UHGV virus genome: UHGV-1351068
Length of the DNA: 64,000 bases
Strand: one strand, 5' to 3'
Source of the DNA: a virus
This document shows, piece by piece, positions 18,472 to 28,695 of this stretch (positions within the stretch are counted from its first letter, which is position 1; each line of letters begins with the position of its first letter). Below the pieces are notes generated by a model. That model was not told the DNA's origin, did no database searches, and worked only from the letters and a program-made list of their open reading frames with translations. The position numbers and the translations under genes are program-made.

Positions 18472-19424
18472 TGCATCTCTACAACAAGTTGAATAAGCAT
18501 ATAAACCAAGTGTAATTCAATCGAAGCTGCTATGCCATGATACTGGTTATTTTCACCGATGATTTCATACATTCGGATAATGCTTGGGCCAGTAACCATT
18601 GTATACAGTTCCGAAGAAAGTTTATCTACGAACCAAGTATAGTCTGCTGCATATTTCGGGGCAAGAGCACGGAGTTCTTTGATGTTCTTAGTTTTAATAG
18701 CTTCGATGACATCTTCAATTGAACCACGGTCATTCAGAACGATAGACAAGATACCTGCATCAATCACACCCTTAGAAGAATAATGATCAAGCATGTTAAT
18801 GGTCTTACGGAATTCTGGAAAATTCTTTTTGACCAAAGCAGCTACAACTTTCTTATCTTCAACTACCACGCCTTCGTTTTCACAAATTGCGAGACAACGC
18901 TTGAGCATCTCGATTTGCATTGGCTTAACATCAGATGGAGATGGTTTACCAAAATTAATTACACGGCAACGAGACTGAAGAGGTTTAATGATACCATCAA
19001 GATTGTTTGCAGTAATGATAATAGTACAGTTTGTGCTATACGCTTCCATGAATGAACGCAGATGTCGTTGAGATTCTGCAAGACCTGCACGGTCAAATTC
19101 ATCAATAACGATAATTTTCTGCTTGCCTGCAATAGAGGCAGAACTCGCAAATGCAGTTAACGGTCCACGAACGAAATCAATCTTACAGTCAGAACCATTC
19201 ACGAACATCATTTCAGCATTAATGTCATTACACAATGCTTTAGCTACTGTAGTCTTACCAGTACCAGGAGAAGTGCTATGGAGGATTAAATGAGGGATTT
19301 TACCTTTTGCTACTAGAGCTGTAAAGATTTCTTTATCTTCAGCAGGAAGTACACACTCAGAAATAGTACCTGGACGATACCGCTGTTCCCACATGAAGTC
19401 TGCTTCATTTACTGTCAATTTCAT
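18462..19424 (-). CDS. 44: clamp loader ATPase gp44 (AAA+)
   Basis: 320 aa; SPGTGKTT Walker A, IDEFD, SRC motif; closely matches the T4 gp44 sequence as recalled. Confidence 0.95.
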   Translation of the reverse strand: MKLTVNEADFMWEQRYRPGTISECVLPAEDKEIFTALVAKGKIPHLILHSTSPGTGKTTVAKALCNDINAEMMFVNGSDCKIDFVRGPLTAFASSASIAGKQKIIVIDEFDRAGLAESQRHLRSFMEAYSTNCTIIITANNLDGIIKPLQSRCRVINFGKPSPSDVKPMQIEMLKRCLAICENEGVVVEDKKVVAALVKKNFPEFRKTINMLDHYSSKGVIDAGILSIVLNDRGSIEDVIEAIKTKNIKELRALAPKYAADYTWFVDKLSSELYTMVTGPSIIRMYEIIGENNQYHGIAASIELHLVYMLIQLVVEMQWK

Positions 19425-19451
19425 TTATATTTCCTCATTCAGAATTTGGGT

Positions 19452-19465
19452 GGGGCCGAAGCCCC
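19452..19465 (-). terminator. UUCG hairpin between 44 and 45
   Basis: GGGGC-TTCG-GCCCC. Confidence 0.5.
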
Positions 19466-19472
19466 GAAATTA

Positions 19473-20174
19473 TTACTCAAAATCAAAGGTACTGTCTGCT
19501 TCCATTGCTACTACATAAGAGGCTGATGCACCTTCAAATTTCGCTGCAGTCTGTTTCTTGGAGCCATTCATTTTTGCCCACAGCATCAGTTTATAATCGC
19601 CGATAGTCATCTTCATATTGCTCATGTTGATGATAAAGTTGAAGTTACCCTCACCTTCATAATCACCGAGTGTCAGAGAATACTTCGGACGGGTCAGTGC
19701 AGCATCTTCTACTTTGTTATAACCACGCAGAACAATTTTACCATCAACATTGGTGATAGCAATTGTGTCAATCTGCATGCCACGAGATACTCGCATCAGC
19801 TGTTGCAGGTCTTCACCTTTAAAATCGATAATTACGTTTGCCACCGGGAATGGGATTGGTTTAGTCGGGAACACGATTGTGCTCGGGTCAGCTGCTGGCC
19901 AGAAGATAGTTGAGCGAGCATCTTTAATTGCCAGATTACCATCTTCCTGCATGATAATATCTGCATCATCACCAACCAAAGACAGAATGCTCAGGAAACT
20001 GTTCAGGTCATAAATTGCTACATCAGTATCGATGGTATCAGAAATTGTTGCTTCAGCATAAGTCGTACCATTAACAGCACGAGTCATGATAAAATTGCCA
20101 GGTTTCAGCATGATACCAGAGTTGATGGTGGAGAAGTTTTTCAGAATGTTCAGAGTTTCTTTAGAGAATTTCAT
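19473..20174 (-). CDS. 45: sliding clamp gp45
   Basis: 233 aa; T4 gp45 228 aa; position. Confidence 0.85.
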   Translation of the reverse strand: MKFSKETLNILKNFSTINSGIMLKPGNFIMTRAVNGTTYAEATISDTIDTDVAIYDLNSFLSILSLVGDDADIIMQEDGNLAIKDARSTIFWPAADPSTIVFPTKPIPFPVANVIIDFKGEDLQQLMRVSRGMQIDTIAITNVDGKIVLRGYNKVEDAALTRPKYSLTLGDYEGEGNFNFIINMSNMKMTIGDYKLMLWAKMNGSKKQTAAKFEGASASYVVAMEADSTFDFE

Positions 20175-20209
20175 TTCAATACCTTTTAATTAAGTTCAGG
20201 ATAATTATA

Positions 20210-20587
20210 TCAAGCTGCGAATGTAGCAGTTAATTCTTCTGCAACAATCTGACCTGCCGCAACGAGTTGCTCATCAGCATCTACACAGTAATCATTTTCT
20301 AGACGTTCGCCACCGTGACGATCAGTAACAATTTTAGCACCAGCCTTGATTGATTCATTGTAATGCTTACGCATCAGTTCAATCCATTTTTCTGCGACTT
20401 CATCATCGATAGATTTATAGAAAGCAAAGCGAGCTTCAGAATCTTTAATCTTATCTTTGATAGCCTGTTTAGTTTCTTCAGTTAGAGCCAGAACCCAAGA
20501 TTTACGAATACGATTTTGGTTATTCGGGTTGGAATCTGCACGTACGTTTTTAACCTGGATATCTTTCACATCAACAAAATTAATCAT
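20210..20587 (-). CDS. rpbA: RNA polymerase binding protein RpbA
   Basis: position after gene 45; start set to internal Met MINFVD (125 aa) to avoid overlap with 45.2 ORF; T4 RpbA 129 aa. Confidence 0.55.
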   Translation of the reverse strand: MINFVDVKDIQVKNVRADSNPNNQNRIRKSWVLALTEETKQAIKDKIKDSEARFAFYKSIDDEVAEKWIELMRKHYNESIKAGAKIVTDRHGGERLENDYCVDADEQLVAAGQIVAEELTATFAA

Positions 20588-20597
20588 TATATTTACC

Positions 20598-20792
20598 TTA
20601 ATCGTAGTAATCTTCAACCATCCAACCGGGATTCCTGTTGGACATGACTCTATTATATTCATTTCCCGTAAAAGCATCTCGTAACATTTCTTCAGTTACA
20701 AGATGACGTTCATCAGAAAATAAATTAACTAACACATAACGCTTTAATTCAGGAAAGGCCAACAGATGTTGGCCCGTAGTAAACTCATTCAT
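20598..20792 (-). CDS. 45.2-like small protein (64 aa)
   Basis: ORF upstream of rpbA, ATG overlapping gene 46 stop (T4 45.2 62 aa). Confidence 0.5.
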   Translation of the reverse strand: MNEFTTGQHLLAFPELKRYVLVNLFSDERHLVTEEMLRDAFTGNEYNRVMSNRNPGWMVEDYYD

Positions 20793-22471
20793 TCCATCAC
20801 CGTGAATCGTCCGACCTTCTTCATTTGAAGGTGTTGGCCATATGCCTGCGGGTCGTGGTCACGGTGAGAAATAATAAACACATTGGCATCTACCATCTTA
20901 TTAAGAATAGCAGTTATTGCCTTAACACCTTCTGCGTCGGTAGCCGAATCATAAACTTCATCAAGGAACAGACAGTTTATTTTAACACCAGAAACTTTTT
21001 CAGCAATATCACGCCACGTGAATAGTAATGCTATATCAATTCTGGCTTTTTCACCCTGACTAAACGAGGCATAACTAAACTCTTCTCGTCCACGTGATTT
21101 AATCGTTTCAGAGAACTCTTCGTTCAGTGTGAACGAATAATCAGCTTCCATAATTTTTAGGTAGCTGTTAATTTGCTTATTGAACATCGGGATGTACTTC
21201 TTGATGATAGCTCCTTTAATACCGGAGTCTTTCAGCATTTCAGTTAAAATACCACGACGATATTTTTCCATAACCAAATTAGTTTTGACGAGGATAATTT
21301 TATCTAATTCTTCTTGTAGCAGTTTAATCTTGTCTGAGTTATCAATAAACTCCTGAGATGCTTTATCAATAGCTGCTTTAATACGACGTGCCTTTTCCAC
21401 AGCAGTGATAGTCATTTGCTTTAAACTACCCATTTGGGTTTTGATATCTCTAGCGCGAGCCCGGACCGTGTTATACTCGCGAGCTAGTTCATCCAGTTCA
21501 CTCTGGCGCGTCTTTAACTCACCAAGAATGGTATTACATTCTTCAACATGATGATTAATCTTAGTGATTAGAGTGTCATTAGAATGCAAATCCTGCAAGC
21601 ACGTTGGGCAATGACCACCTTTATCATACAGCCCAAGAACCTTTGAATATGATTCAATTTTAGACCGAATTTTAAATGTTTTACCTTGAACTTCTTGGAT
21701 TGACTCTGCTGGGTCGTCTCCAATTACTAACTCAAGCAGTTCTCTCTGAAGAGTTTCTAATTCTGCTTTATACCCACGGGCTTCATTGACCTGTTCATCA
21801 TACATCGCCTGCAGGCGAGCAACGTTATCACCAGAAAGTTTCTTCTGCTTTTCTGCATACTCATGGTGAGTTTTAATTTCATTAGTCAATGCTTCACGCT
21901 GAACATCATTAACCTGGATTTGCTGATTGATTTCTCTTATCTGTGTCTTGTTCAGTTTGTCCATATCAGCTAAAAGAGACACTTCAAGCAAATCTTCAAC
22001 GAGCTTTCGTCTATTAGCAGTTGATAACCCCATGAACGGAGTATATCCTGCCGTTCCTAATACGACAATCTGCTTAAACGATGTGTATGACATGCCGATG
22101 AGGCTTTCAAAGTAGGATTGAAAATCCTTTGAACTTGCGGCTTCATCAAGCTTATTGCCATCTCGTAAAATCTCAAAGACATTCGGTTTTTGTCCACGTT
22201 TAATGTAGAAACTATGACCGTCATACTCCATCCACAGTTCTACTACAAAGTCCTTCTTATTGAATGAGTTAATTAATTGACCTTTCTTAATATCACGGAA
22301 TGGTTTACCAAATAAGGCAAAAGTAATAGCTTCAAGCATAGTACTTTTGCCACCACCATTCTTACCTGTGATTAAGGTCTTTTGACATTTATCAAGTTGA
22401 ATGTCAATGGCCGCTTGGCCAACTGACATTATATTCTTATACTTGACACGATTTAGTTTAAAAGTCTTCAC
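20789..22471 (-). CDS. 46: recombination endonuclease subunit gp46 (SbcC/Rad50-like)
   Basis: 560 aa identical length to T4 gp46; Walker A GKNGGGKST; Zn hook CPTC; ABC signature. Confidence 0.92.
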   Translation of the reverse strand: MKTFKLNRVKYKNIMSVGQAAIDIQLDKCQKTLITGKNGGGKSTMLEAITFALFGKPFRDIKKGQLINSFNKKDFVVELWMEYDGHSFYIKRGQKPNVFEILRDGNKLDEAASSKDFQSYFESLIGMSYTSFKQIVVLGTAGYTPFMGLSTANRRKLVEDLLEVSLLADMDKLNKTQIREINQQIQVNDVQREALTNEIKTHHEYAEKQKKLSGDNVARLQAMYDEQVNEARGYKAELETLQRELLELVIGDDPAESIQEVQGKTFKIRSKIESYSKVLGLYDKGGHCPTCLQDLHSNDTLITKINHHVEECNTILGELKTRQSELDELAREYNTVRARARDIKTQMGSLKQMTITAVEKARRIKAAIDKASQEFIDNSDKIKLLQEELDKIILVKTNLVMEKYRRGILTEMLKDSGIKGAIIKKYIPMFNKQINSYLKIMEADYSFTLNEEFSETIKSRGREEFSYASFSQGEKARIDIALLFTWRDIAEKVSGVKINCLFLDEVYDSATDAEGVKAITAILNKMVDANVFIISHRDHDPQAYGQHLQMKKVGRFTVME

Positions 22472-23490
22472 TGATTTTGTGCCTCAATGTATAACTGTTT
22501 AGACATAACCTTTAAGGCTTTGATATCATCTGCGGACAGGTCTTCAAGTGCTTGGATATATTCTTCCATTAAATCCAATAAGCTTTTAACTTCTACTTCT
22601 TCGCCATCTTCAGACTCAACCGAGTTGTCAACTTTAGAAACAGTTCTTAATTCATGTACTACCTTTTCAAGTTCTGATTCAAACTTAGGAAGGTCTTCAT
22701 CGACCGCAGTGATAATAATTCGCACTGCAAGATTTCTGAACTCTTCAAAATCAACTTGCCCTGTGACAGGATAAATCAGTTTTCTGTGCCAAGTGATTTC
22801 ATTAGGGACGAAATCAAAGGTTGATAATTCAGTGTCTTGAACCCAGAAGCCACGTGGGTCGTTCTCGTCACCCGCTGTAAGCGTCCAAGGCGTTCCGATG
22901 TACTTAACGTTTGCTGCGCTTGATATGGTGTGGAAGTGCCCAGACCATACTTGTTTGTACTTTTTGAGGAAATCTGGTTCCAGCCCATGAGATTTCATTC
23001 CTTTATAAAAATAAAAGCCATTAAGTTCCCAATGACCAATGCAGTATTCAGCAGACGATTCTTTGATATGCTTCATGATTTCTGATGTGTTCTCTTCACA
23101 CATCCATGGACACAAGTCAATCAAAGTCCCATCAAAATCCATAGTCACGGGCTTTTCAATAACAGTAATATGCTTATACTTACCAAGAACTTCGGTTGAT
23201 GCATTAGGCGTCAACGTATTCTTGTAGTGCATGTCATGATTTCCGACGATCGTAATTAAGTTAATTCCTTCTTTCTCAAGAGACTCTGCAATTTCACGAG
23301 CAAATTCCATTGTCTTATGAGTGATAGCTTTACGAACGTCAAAAATATCACCGTATTGAATGATAGTTTTAATTCCATTCTTTTTGGCATAATCAATATG
23401 CTGTTTAATTCCGTGTCGCTGTACATCCTGTACCCACGGGTCATCTGCGCGGACACCTAAATGCCAATCGCCTGAGTGAATAATTTTCAT
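22468..23490 (-). CDS. 47: recombination nuclease subunit gp47 (Mre11/SbcD-like)
   Basis: 340 aa; phosphoesterase motifs GDWH, GNHD; T4 gp47 339 aa. Confidence 0.9.
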   Translation of the reverse strand: MKIIHSGDWHLGVRADDPWVQDVQRHGIKQHIDYAKKNGIKTIIQYGDIFDVRKAITHKTMEFAREIAESLEKEGINLITIVGNHDMHYKNTLTPNASTEVLGKYKHITVIEKPVTMDFDGTLIDLCPWMCEENTSEIMKHIKESSAEYCIGHWELNGFYFYKGMKSHGLEPDFLKKYKQVWSGHFHTISSAANVKYIGTPWTLTAGDENDPRGFWVQDTELSTFDFVPNEITWHRKLIYPVTGQVDFEEFRNLAVRIIITAVDEDLPKFESELEKVVHELRTVSKVDNSVESEDGEEVEVKSLLDLMEEYIQALEDLSADDIKALKVMSKQLYIEAQNQ

Positions 23491-23541
23491 ATAACCTCTC
23501 TAGTAGAGTTTAATTTTATATTATTCCATGAATAGCAAAAA

Positions 23542-23555
23542 GGGCCCGAAGGCCC
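23542..23555 (-). terminator. UUCG hairpin between a-gt and 47
   Basis: GGGCC-TTCG-GGCCC. Confidence 0.5.
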
Positions 23556-23560
23556 ATTAC

Positions 23561-24757
23561 TTATTTTGTCATTAACTCAAATTGTTCTTTAAAGCAATGC
23601 TCAGAATCTTGGTGTTCTACCAGGAATTCAAATGCTTTATTTCGCTCTTTATCATAGAGCTTCTGGTCAGATGACAGATGTTTCATTCGTTCAAAGACTT
23701 CATTTTTATTTTCATCATTCAACCACAGAATGCCAGAATCATGAGAAGTCAATGGCTTTCCATCAACCCGGAATTTCAAAGCATCACCAGTAGCTTTATG
23801 GAACACAGGAATAGTTCCACAAGCGCCTAGTTCTAAATGCGTGTATTCCAGAGAACGCTCAAGGAATTTATCCGGAAGACGTGACAGCTGATAGCCAAAT
23901 CCAGACTGAGACATACGCTCAAGCATCTCAGAGTTAACATATCGGTCAAGAACTTGAGGATTCAGACCTGGTCCAGTTTTAACCTGATGATAATGACGGC
24001 AATAATCGATTTCATAGCGTTCTTTGATGTTAATAAACGCAGGACTGCGTTCTAACCCTTCCAAGATAGTCGTTTTGCCTGCGGGACGCAGATGACTTTC
24101 ATGGAAATCAAACATCAAGAAATAGCCTTTCCACGTAGTAGTACGACCAATCCAACGATGGATATCAAAGTCAATAGCAGAGAAGTCTTTCCAATACTTA
24201 TCACGAATTGCTTTGATGTTCATAGCAGGTTGAAAGTTATAAACTGGAGGAGCTGAGTCAGAATCATCAAAGAAACTCAACCCGCCGCTTGGAAAATATT
24301 CTTCCATTAGCACGGTATTAAAATCGCCGTTTGAGCTATGACTAAACAGTACATCAGCACGCTTAACGGTTTCTTCAAGACCAGCATTTCTACGAAGTGA
24401 CAAGGCTCTATGGTCATGTTGATATACGACTACCCGAACCTCAGGTTTAATGTTCTCTATGAGCTTCTTATAGTTATCAATCGCTGCTTCTGGAGCGTTG
24501 ACAGCAGGTACTGAGTTGATGATAAGAATGTCACATGCGTTAAGCAGAGATAAAGTCTTATCGTAGTCATCTGCAAGAGACACAGGAATAGTTACATCTT
24601 TATAGCTATGTGCTCTATTACGAGTAAACGCTTTATCTTTAGCGTAAATGATATTTACTTCATGGCCATGTTTTACTAACCACTCACGATGCTCGAGACT
24701 GAACTTGGTTACGCCACATCCCTCAAGTCCGCGAGCCATTAAAATATTAATCTTCAT
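23561..24757 (-). CDS. a-gt: DNA alpha-glucosyltransferase
   Basis: NILMARGLEGCGVTKFSLE... strongly resembles T4 alpha-gt; start set at MKINIL (24757), because a MotA-box middle promoter lies inside the longer ORF-track 5' extension. Confidence 0.9.
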   Translation of the reverse strand: MKINILMARGLEGCGVTKFSLEHREWLVKHGHEVNIIYAKDKAFTRNRAHSYKDVTIPVSLADDYDKTLSLLNACDILIINSVPAVNAPEAAIDNYKKLIENIKPEVRVVVYQHDHRALSLRRNAGLEETVKRADVLFSHSSNGDFNTVLMEEYFPSGGLSFFDDSDSAPPVYNFQPAMNIKAIRDKYWKDFSAIDFDIHRWIGRTTTWKGYFLMFDFHESHLRPAGKTTILEGLERSPAFINIKERYEIDYCRHYHQVKTGPGLNPQVLDRYVNSEMLERMSQSGFGYQLSRLPDKFLERSLEYTHLELGACGTIPVFHKATGDALKFRVDGKPLTSHDSGILWLNDENKNEVFERMKHLSSDQKLYDKERNKAFEFLVEHQDSEHCFKEQFELMTK

Positions 24758-24785
24758 ATATTGACCTTTGTTGTTAATTTTGGAT

Positions 24786-24811
24786 ATTTTACCATTCCCG
24801 TAATAAAGCAA
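24786..24811 (-). promoter_or_regulatory. MotA-dependent middle promoter for alpha-gt
   Basis: minus strand TTGCTTTA (MotA box) - 12 nt - TAAAAT, ~28 nt upstream of MKINIL start. Confidence 0.6.
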
Positions 24812-24827
24812 AAGGGCCGAAGCCCTT
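24812..24827 (-). terminator. UUCG hairpin upstream of a-gt promoter
   Basis: AAAGGGC-TTCG-GCCCTTT. Confidence 0.5.
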
Positions 24828-25093
24828 TAAATTTTCTTGTATACAACATAACCTGCCGCTTCACATATACGCTTAGCTTCTTCAAAGCGTTTAAGCATAT
24901 CCACCTTGGAATTATGAATTTTATCATAATCGGGAGCAGGTGCTTCTCTTCGAGCGGTGTCACATTTATAACAGAAGTAACTACGCTTTGGTCCTGTATA
25001 ACGTTCTGAACAATTACTACACCGGCACGCGTAATTTCCTTCAGGCCAATCATGCCCAGGATTAGAACCCATCAAATTCGTCATACATCCCAA
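24827..25093 (-). CDS. small Cys-rich (zinc-binding?) protein (88 aa)
   Basis: CRCSNC...CYKC pairs. Confidence 0.45.
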   Translation of the reverse strand: MGCMTNLMGSNPGHDWPEGNYACRCSNCSERYTGPKRSYFCYKCDTARREAPAPDYDKIHNSKVDMLKRFEEAKRICEAAGYVVYKKI

Positions 25094-25103
25094 TTCTCTT
25101 CAT

Positions 25104-25301
25104 TTACCATTCATACCACCGTTTAACTTGGAAGGTGTCAACCCAGACAAGAGAGTTCTTATCTATTAGCTTACATCCTTCGGTAGAACCTAACACACGA
25201 TATTGATTATCTGCTACTTTTACTGCCATCGTTCCAGTAGCAGTGTTCAAAGTAAATCCCGCGTCTTTACGTATACGTTTAAATTTTACTTGTACCAGCA
25301 T
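25104..25301 (-). CDS. hypothetical protein (65 aa)
   Basis: ORF. Confidence 0.4.
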   Translation of the reverse strand: MLVQVKFKRIRKDAGFTLNTATGTMAVKVADNQYRVLGSTEGCKLIDKNSLVWVDTFQVKRWYEW

Positions 25302-25581
25302 TTAGAATGTCCCAAACTGATTTACGAGAGGTATTCCAGCAAGTCAGAATAATCTCATCGGTAAAAGGTTGTTTTAAAATAGTACGCAGTTTTTCAATAG
25401 CATACTTGTAAGCAGGGAAATTGTTGTCTAATACCGCGTCTCCAGCATGAGCTTTTAATCGCTCAAGTTCACGACGGTTTTTACGAACAACTTTGTTGGC
25501 TCGAGCAATAGCTTGTTCTTCTGCAGCTTCCATTAGTTTCTGCTGCAGTTCGTCGCGCTCTTCCTGGGTAATATTGTTCAT
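25279..25581 (-). CDS. hypothetical protein (100 aa)
   Basis: ORF. Confidence 0.45.
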   Translation of the reverse strand: MNNITQEERDELQQKLMEAAEEQAIARANKVVRKNRRELERLKAHAGDAVLDNNFPAYKYAIEKLRTILKQPFTDEIILTCWNTSRKSVWDILNAGTSKI

Positions 25582-25582
25582 G

Positions 25583-25813
25583 TTATTCCTTTGGATGGTA
25601 ATTTATTTCAAATGTGAATTCAGTATCAGTCCAATTATAACTATGTTCAATTATAGCAGAATCTGATCTGAAATCAGCGTCATGTGGATTTTTCGGGTCA
25701 ATGTGAATATCAAGATCAAGCACCTCCCTTAAATACATCTTTAGCAAATAAGGGATAGCGTCTAGGTCTTGCACATCTTCTAAAAACCCGTCGAGGTTAA
25801 TCTTCAGCCTCAT
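25583..25813 (-). CDS. hypothetical protein (55.x position); start uncertain
   Basis: 103-aa ORF overlaps gp55 3' end by ~100 nt; internal Met start (25813) reduces the overlap. Confidence 0.4.
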   Translation of the reverse strand: MRLKINLDGFLEDVQDLDAIPYLLKMYLREVLDLDIHIDPKNPHDADFRSDSAIIEHSYNWTDTEFTFEINYHPKE

Positions 25814-26345
25814 ATAAAAATTCCAGATTAGGTCCATCACTTGTAGGTTCGCTCTTTTTAGCAGACCCTGGCGCCTTATAAGCGGTGGATTCATACTGCG
25901 TCATTTTATCGTAGATGTCCTGAATAAAGGTTTCATCTGCTAACGCAACCATATCATCGTCCCGTGAATCATACACGTTGTGGACAAAATAGCTGTATTT
26001 CTTTGCCATTTCTTTGCGTTCTTTTTTGATACGCTGAACGAATGCATTGAAACAAGCTTGGGTTATATACGCATGCGGGTTATCATACTTAGTTTCATCG
26101 AAGTTGATTAAGCCTTTAATTGCGGCTTCAATCCCGTCTGAAATCATTTCTTGCTTCCAAGATTGGGTGTATCCTGAAAAGTTGAAACGCTTACTCAGAC
26201 CTTCTGCGATCAGCATAATAGCAAGGCCGATCGTATCGTTCTGTTTTACTACTCGAGGACCGCCAGCAGCTTCAGACTCCCGACACTTCTCTTTCCATGA
26301 ACAGATTGATTTATACAACTCCTTGTTATTTACATAATTACTCAT
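25797..26345 (-). CDS. 55: late sigma factor gp55
   Basis: NYVNNKEL...[36 protein letters not shown]... closely matches the T4 gp55 sequence as recalled; start at MSNYVNN. Confidence 0.95.
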   Translation of the reverse strand: MSNYVNNKELYKSICSWKEKCRESEAAGGPRVVKQNDTIGLAIMLIAEGLSKRFNFSGYTQSWKQEMISDGIEAAIKGLINFDETKYDNPHAYITQACFNAFVQRIKKERKEMAKKYSYFVHNVYDSRDDDMVALADETFIQDIYDKMTQYESTAYKAPGSAKKSEPTSDGPNLEFLYEAED

Positions 26346-26411
26346 ATTGCCTCTTCGCTTCAATTAATAATATCTATTATAACAAATTTGGGAAGCGAGA
26401 GGATTAAAGCA

Positions 26412-26657
26412 TTACTTAATCAATTCAGCGCATGCAATTAATTTCATCATGATACGATAAAAATCGTTATACGTGAAATCTAATGGAACATCAATGACGG
26501 CTTCAAAATCTTCAAATACACGTTCCATTCCATAACCAGCGATATCATCTGATTCAGCATACCAGTACGTTCCATCTTGTGCAAAAGTTATTTGGCTATT
26601 TTCAAGACAGAACACACCTTTAATATTTTCATGGGTAAGAGTCAATTGAATTTTCAC
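26412..26657 (-). CDS. hypothetical protein (81 aa)
   Basis: ORF in 55.x cluster. Confidence 0.45.
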   Translation of the reverse strand: MKIQLTLTHENIKGVFCLENSQITFAQDGTYWYAESDDIAGYGMERVFEDFEAVIDVPLDFTYNDFYRIMMKLIACAELIK

Positions 26658-26932
26658 AGTTCACCCTTCATAATACGATAGCATTGGAACAACTGTTCCA
26701 TGATACGTTTGAATTCAACCAAACTAAGTTCAAACCAATCAGATTCATCTACTTCATGCATCATTTCCATGAATGAAGAGTATAGACTTTCATAATGAGT
26801 TTCATTTAACATAGAAGCATGGGTTTCCCAATACATGCTCTCTTCATTGTCAAACCAAACACCCATATAAGAATCTATAGTAAATCCGCCGATGCCTTCT
26901 ACTACAATCGTAATTTGGTTTATTTTAGCCAT
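26654..26932 (-). CDS. hypothetical acidic protein (92 aa)
   Basis: ORF, overlapping stop/start. Confidence 0.45.
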   Translation of the reverse strand: MAKINQITIVVEGIGGFTIDSYMGVWFDNEESMYWETHASMLNETHYESLYSSFMEMMHEVDESDWFELSLVEFKRIMEQLFQCYRIMKGEL

Positions 26933-27144
26933 GCTTTCACCGCATCAATAGCATCTTCAAATTTAGAGAAAGCATCCACGGACGTGTATTCATTCTCTCC
27001 AGAGCGTTCATAAATCCAAAACGCATCAAAATCTTCTTCAATGATGAATTCCCCGTTAGGAGTTTCAATCGTGTTTCTGCCATCAGGCGTTTTAGATATG
27101 AACCATCCAAGAAAACCAACTTCTGCAATTTGTTCTTCAGTCAT
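26920..27144 (-). CDS. hypothetical protein (74 aa)
   Basis: ORF. Confidence 0.4.
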   Translation of the reverse strand: MTEEQIAEVGFLGWFISKTPDGRNTIETPNGEFIIEEDFDAFWIYERSGENEYTSVDAFSKFEDAIDAVKAWLK

Positions 27145-27436
27145 TTAAAATTTCCACCAATTGATTATAGTTTAATGCTTTTCCAGAAGAAATCATAACA
27201 TTACAAAATCTGTATAATGCTTCTTTTGATACTTTATACACGTAATCGGAAGTTGTTACAATGTATGAAATACGTACAAATGTTGGGGATTTTTCTGCTA
27301 ATTCGTATGCTAGTTTTCTAGCTCTGCCAATGTCATCAGCAAACTTGGTATCAGCAAGCAAAATACTATCAAACACCCAACGGCTGGTAAAAATTTCTGT
27401 GTATAGAATAACTTTACGCATCAAGATATTCCTCAA
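27137..27436 (-). CDS. hypothetical protein (99 aa)
   Basis: ORF. Confidence 0.45.
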   Translation of the reverse strand: MRNILMRKVILYTEIFTSRWVFDSILLADTKFADDIGRARKLAYELAEKSPTFVRISYIVTTSDYVYKVSKEALYRFCNVMISSGKALNYNQLVEILND

Positions 27437-27689
27437 GTTCTTTTAAAGTAAGACCTTCTGCCCACTTGTATTCATCATTTACTACAGATTGATGATCAGC
27501 ACTCATTGGATAAAATTTACATTTGCCTGGAAATCCATATTTCATATGGGTTCGTGTATCAAAACGTCTATCAAGATATTGTTGTACACCTACAATCGTG
27601 GTGTATTCGTCAATAACGACAATGTTAGATCGTAATTCTAGAATGCAAAATCGTACGCGAGAAGGACATCCGTTTTGATTTAGTTTCAT
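27414..27689 (-). CDS. hypothetical protein (91 aa)
   Basis: ORF. Confidence 0.45.
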   Translation of the reverse strand: MKLNQNGCPSRVRFCILELRSNIVVIDEYTTIVGVQQYLDRRFDTRTHMKYGFPGKCKFYPMSADHQSVVNDEYKWAEGLTLKELEEYLDA

Positions 27690-28018
27690 TTTGCCGCCTT
27701 AACCGCTTTCACATCACGAAAACCTTTCTTGCGTTGGTTTTTCATTTTGCGAATAGCGGATTCAGAAATTTCACCAACACCAACTACGATGGGTTCTACA
27801 CCGAATGCTTTAATACCAAACTCAGACAGAAGATAAGCTACGACCAATTCGCGGATGCGTGCTTTACCAATTTTTTGTCCTTCTTCTTTCATCGTACCGT
27901 GGAGTTCAACTTCCCATTGGTCAAGAAGGGCAGGAGTTACATGACGACCGTCTTCCAACATAGCAGAAACTTTATAGTATGCGAAAGCGTTCAGTGCGTT
28001 TTTAATTGCTTGGGACAT
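27686..28018 (-). CDS. hypothetical protein (110 aa)
   Basis: ORF. Confidence 0.45.
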   Translation of the reverse strand: MSQAIKNALNAFAYYKVSAMLEDGRHVTPALLDQWEVELHGTMKEEGQKIGKARIRELVVAYLLSEFGIKAFGVEPIVVGVGEISESAIRKMKNQRKKGFRDVKAVKAAK

Positions 28019-28082
28019 ATTAATTTCCTCAGTAACGATTGTTTTGACAGAGGAGATTTTAAATCAAATCTCCTGTAGCAAA

Positions 28083-28352
28083 TCAATCTTTGAGAGATTT
28101 TAACTCTTCGAGCATATCGTAGTATTCTTTACTAGCAACCGGAGCTACAGTACAGTGGTAGCTATTGAATTCATGATATTTCACGAAGCGTTCAAGGTGC
28201 CACTTAATCAGATTGTTAATTCGGTGAAGCAGACCCCCATCTGAACCGACGTAGACAACCACTTCAAATTGAAGCCCATCCCAAATTCGGGTACGGACGA
28301 TATCACCTACAGCAAAAGTTTTCATGCGATGTACCAATGTTCGTTTTGCCAA
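28083..28352 (-). CDS. hypothetical protein (89 aa)
   Basis: ORF. Confidence 0.4.
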   Translation of the reverse strand: MAKRTLVHRMKTFAVGDIVRTRIWDGLQFEVVVYVGSDGGLLHRINNLIKWHLERFVKYHEFNSYHCTVAPVASKEYYDMLEELKSLKD

Positions 28353-28510
28353 GACTCACCCTTGTACCAGCGAGTCATATCATATCCATTTTCATCACAG
28401 ATGACCTTGTTCTTCATCAAGAAGTATTCGTCATCAGTAAAATGCACATGCTTTACTTTACAGCCTTTACTCATAGCTTCTAGAGCTTCTTGCCAATTTA
28501 ACCAGTTCAT
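28322..28510 (-). CDS. hypothetical protein (62 aa)
   Basis: ORF; early promoter immediately upstream (28556-28587). Confidence 0.4.
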   Translation of the reverse strand: MNWLNWQEALEAMSKGCKVKHVHFTDDEYFLMKNKVICDENGYDMTRWYKGESWQNEHWYIA

Positions 28511-28555
28511 ATTTTCCTCTCGAGTTAAACGGTATGCTGTTATCCATTGATAGAG

Positions 28556-28587
28556 CTATAGTATCACTCATCAGCTAGCTTGTAAAC
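28556..28587 (-). promoter_or_regulatory. early promoter (family)
   Basis: GTTTAC -N18- TACTATAG. Confidence 0.55.
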
Positions 28588-28695
28588 AACTTTGTGAAAT
28601 GGATTTAAAATAAAAGAGAGGTCCCACAGGAACCTCTAAATGAAGGGTATAGAAATATACAGAAGGTGGTCAAGATGACCTTAGAAAGGAACCGG

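Noticed and set aside
24758-24811. N-terminal 18-aa extension of the alpha-gt ORF (start at 24811)
   Set aside because: The extension contains the MotA box and -10 of the middle promoter. The T4 alpha-gt alignment begins at MKINIL / MRICIF, so the downstream ATG (24757) is the real start.
26346-26363. Longer gp55 start ([10 protein letters not shown]...)
   Set aside because: T4 gp55 aligns from MSNYVNN. The upstream Met adds only basic residues with no RBS advantage. Kept the shorter start.
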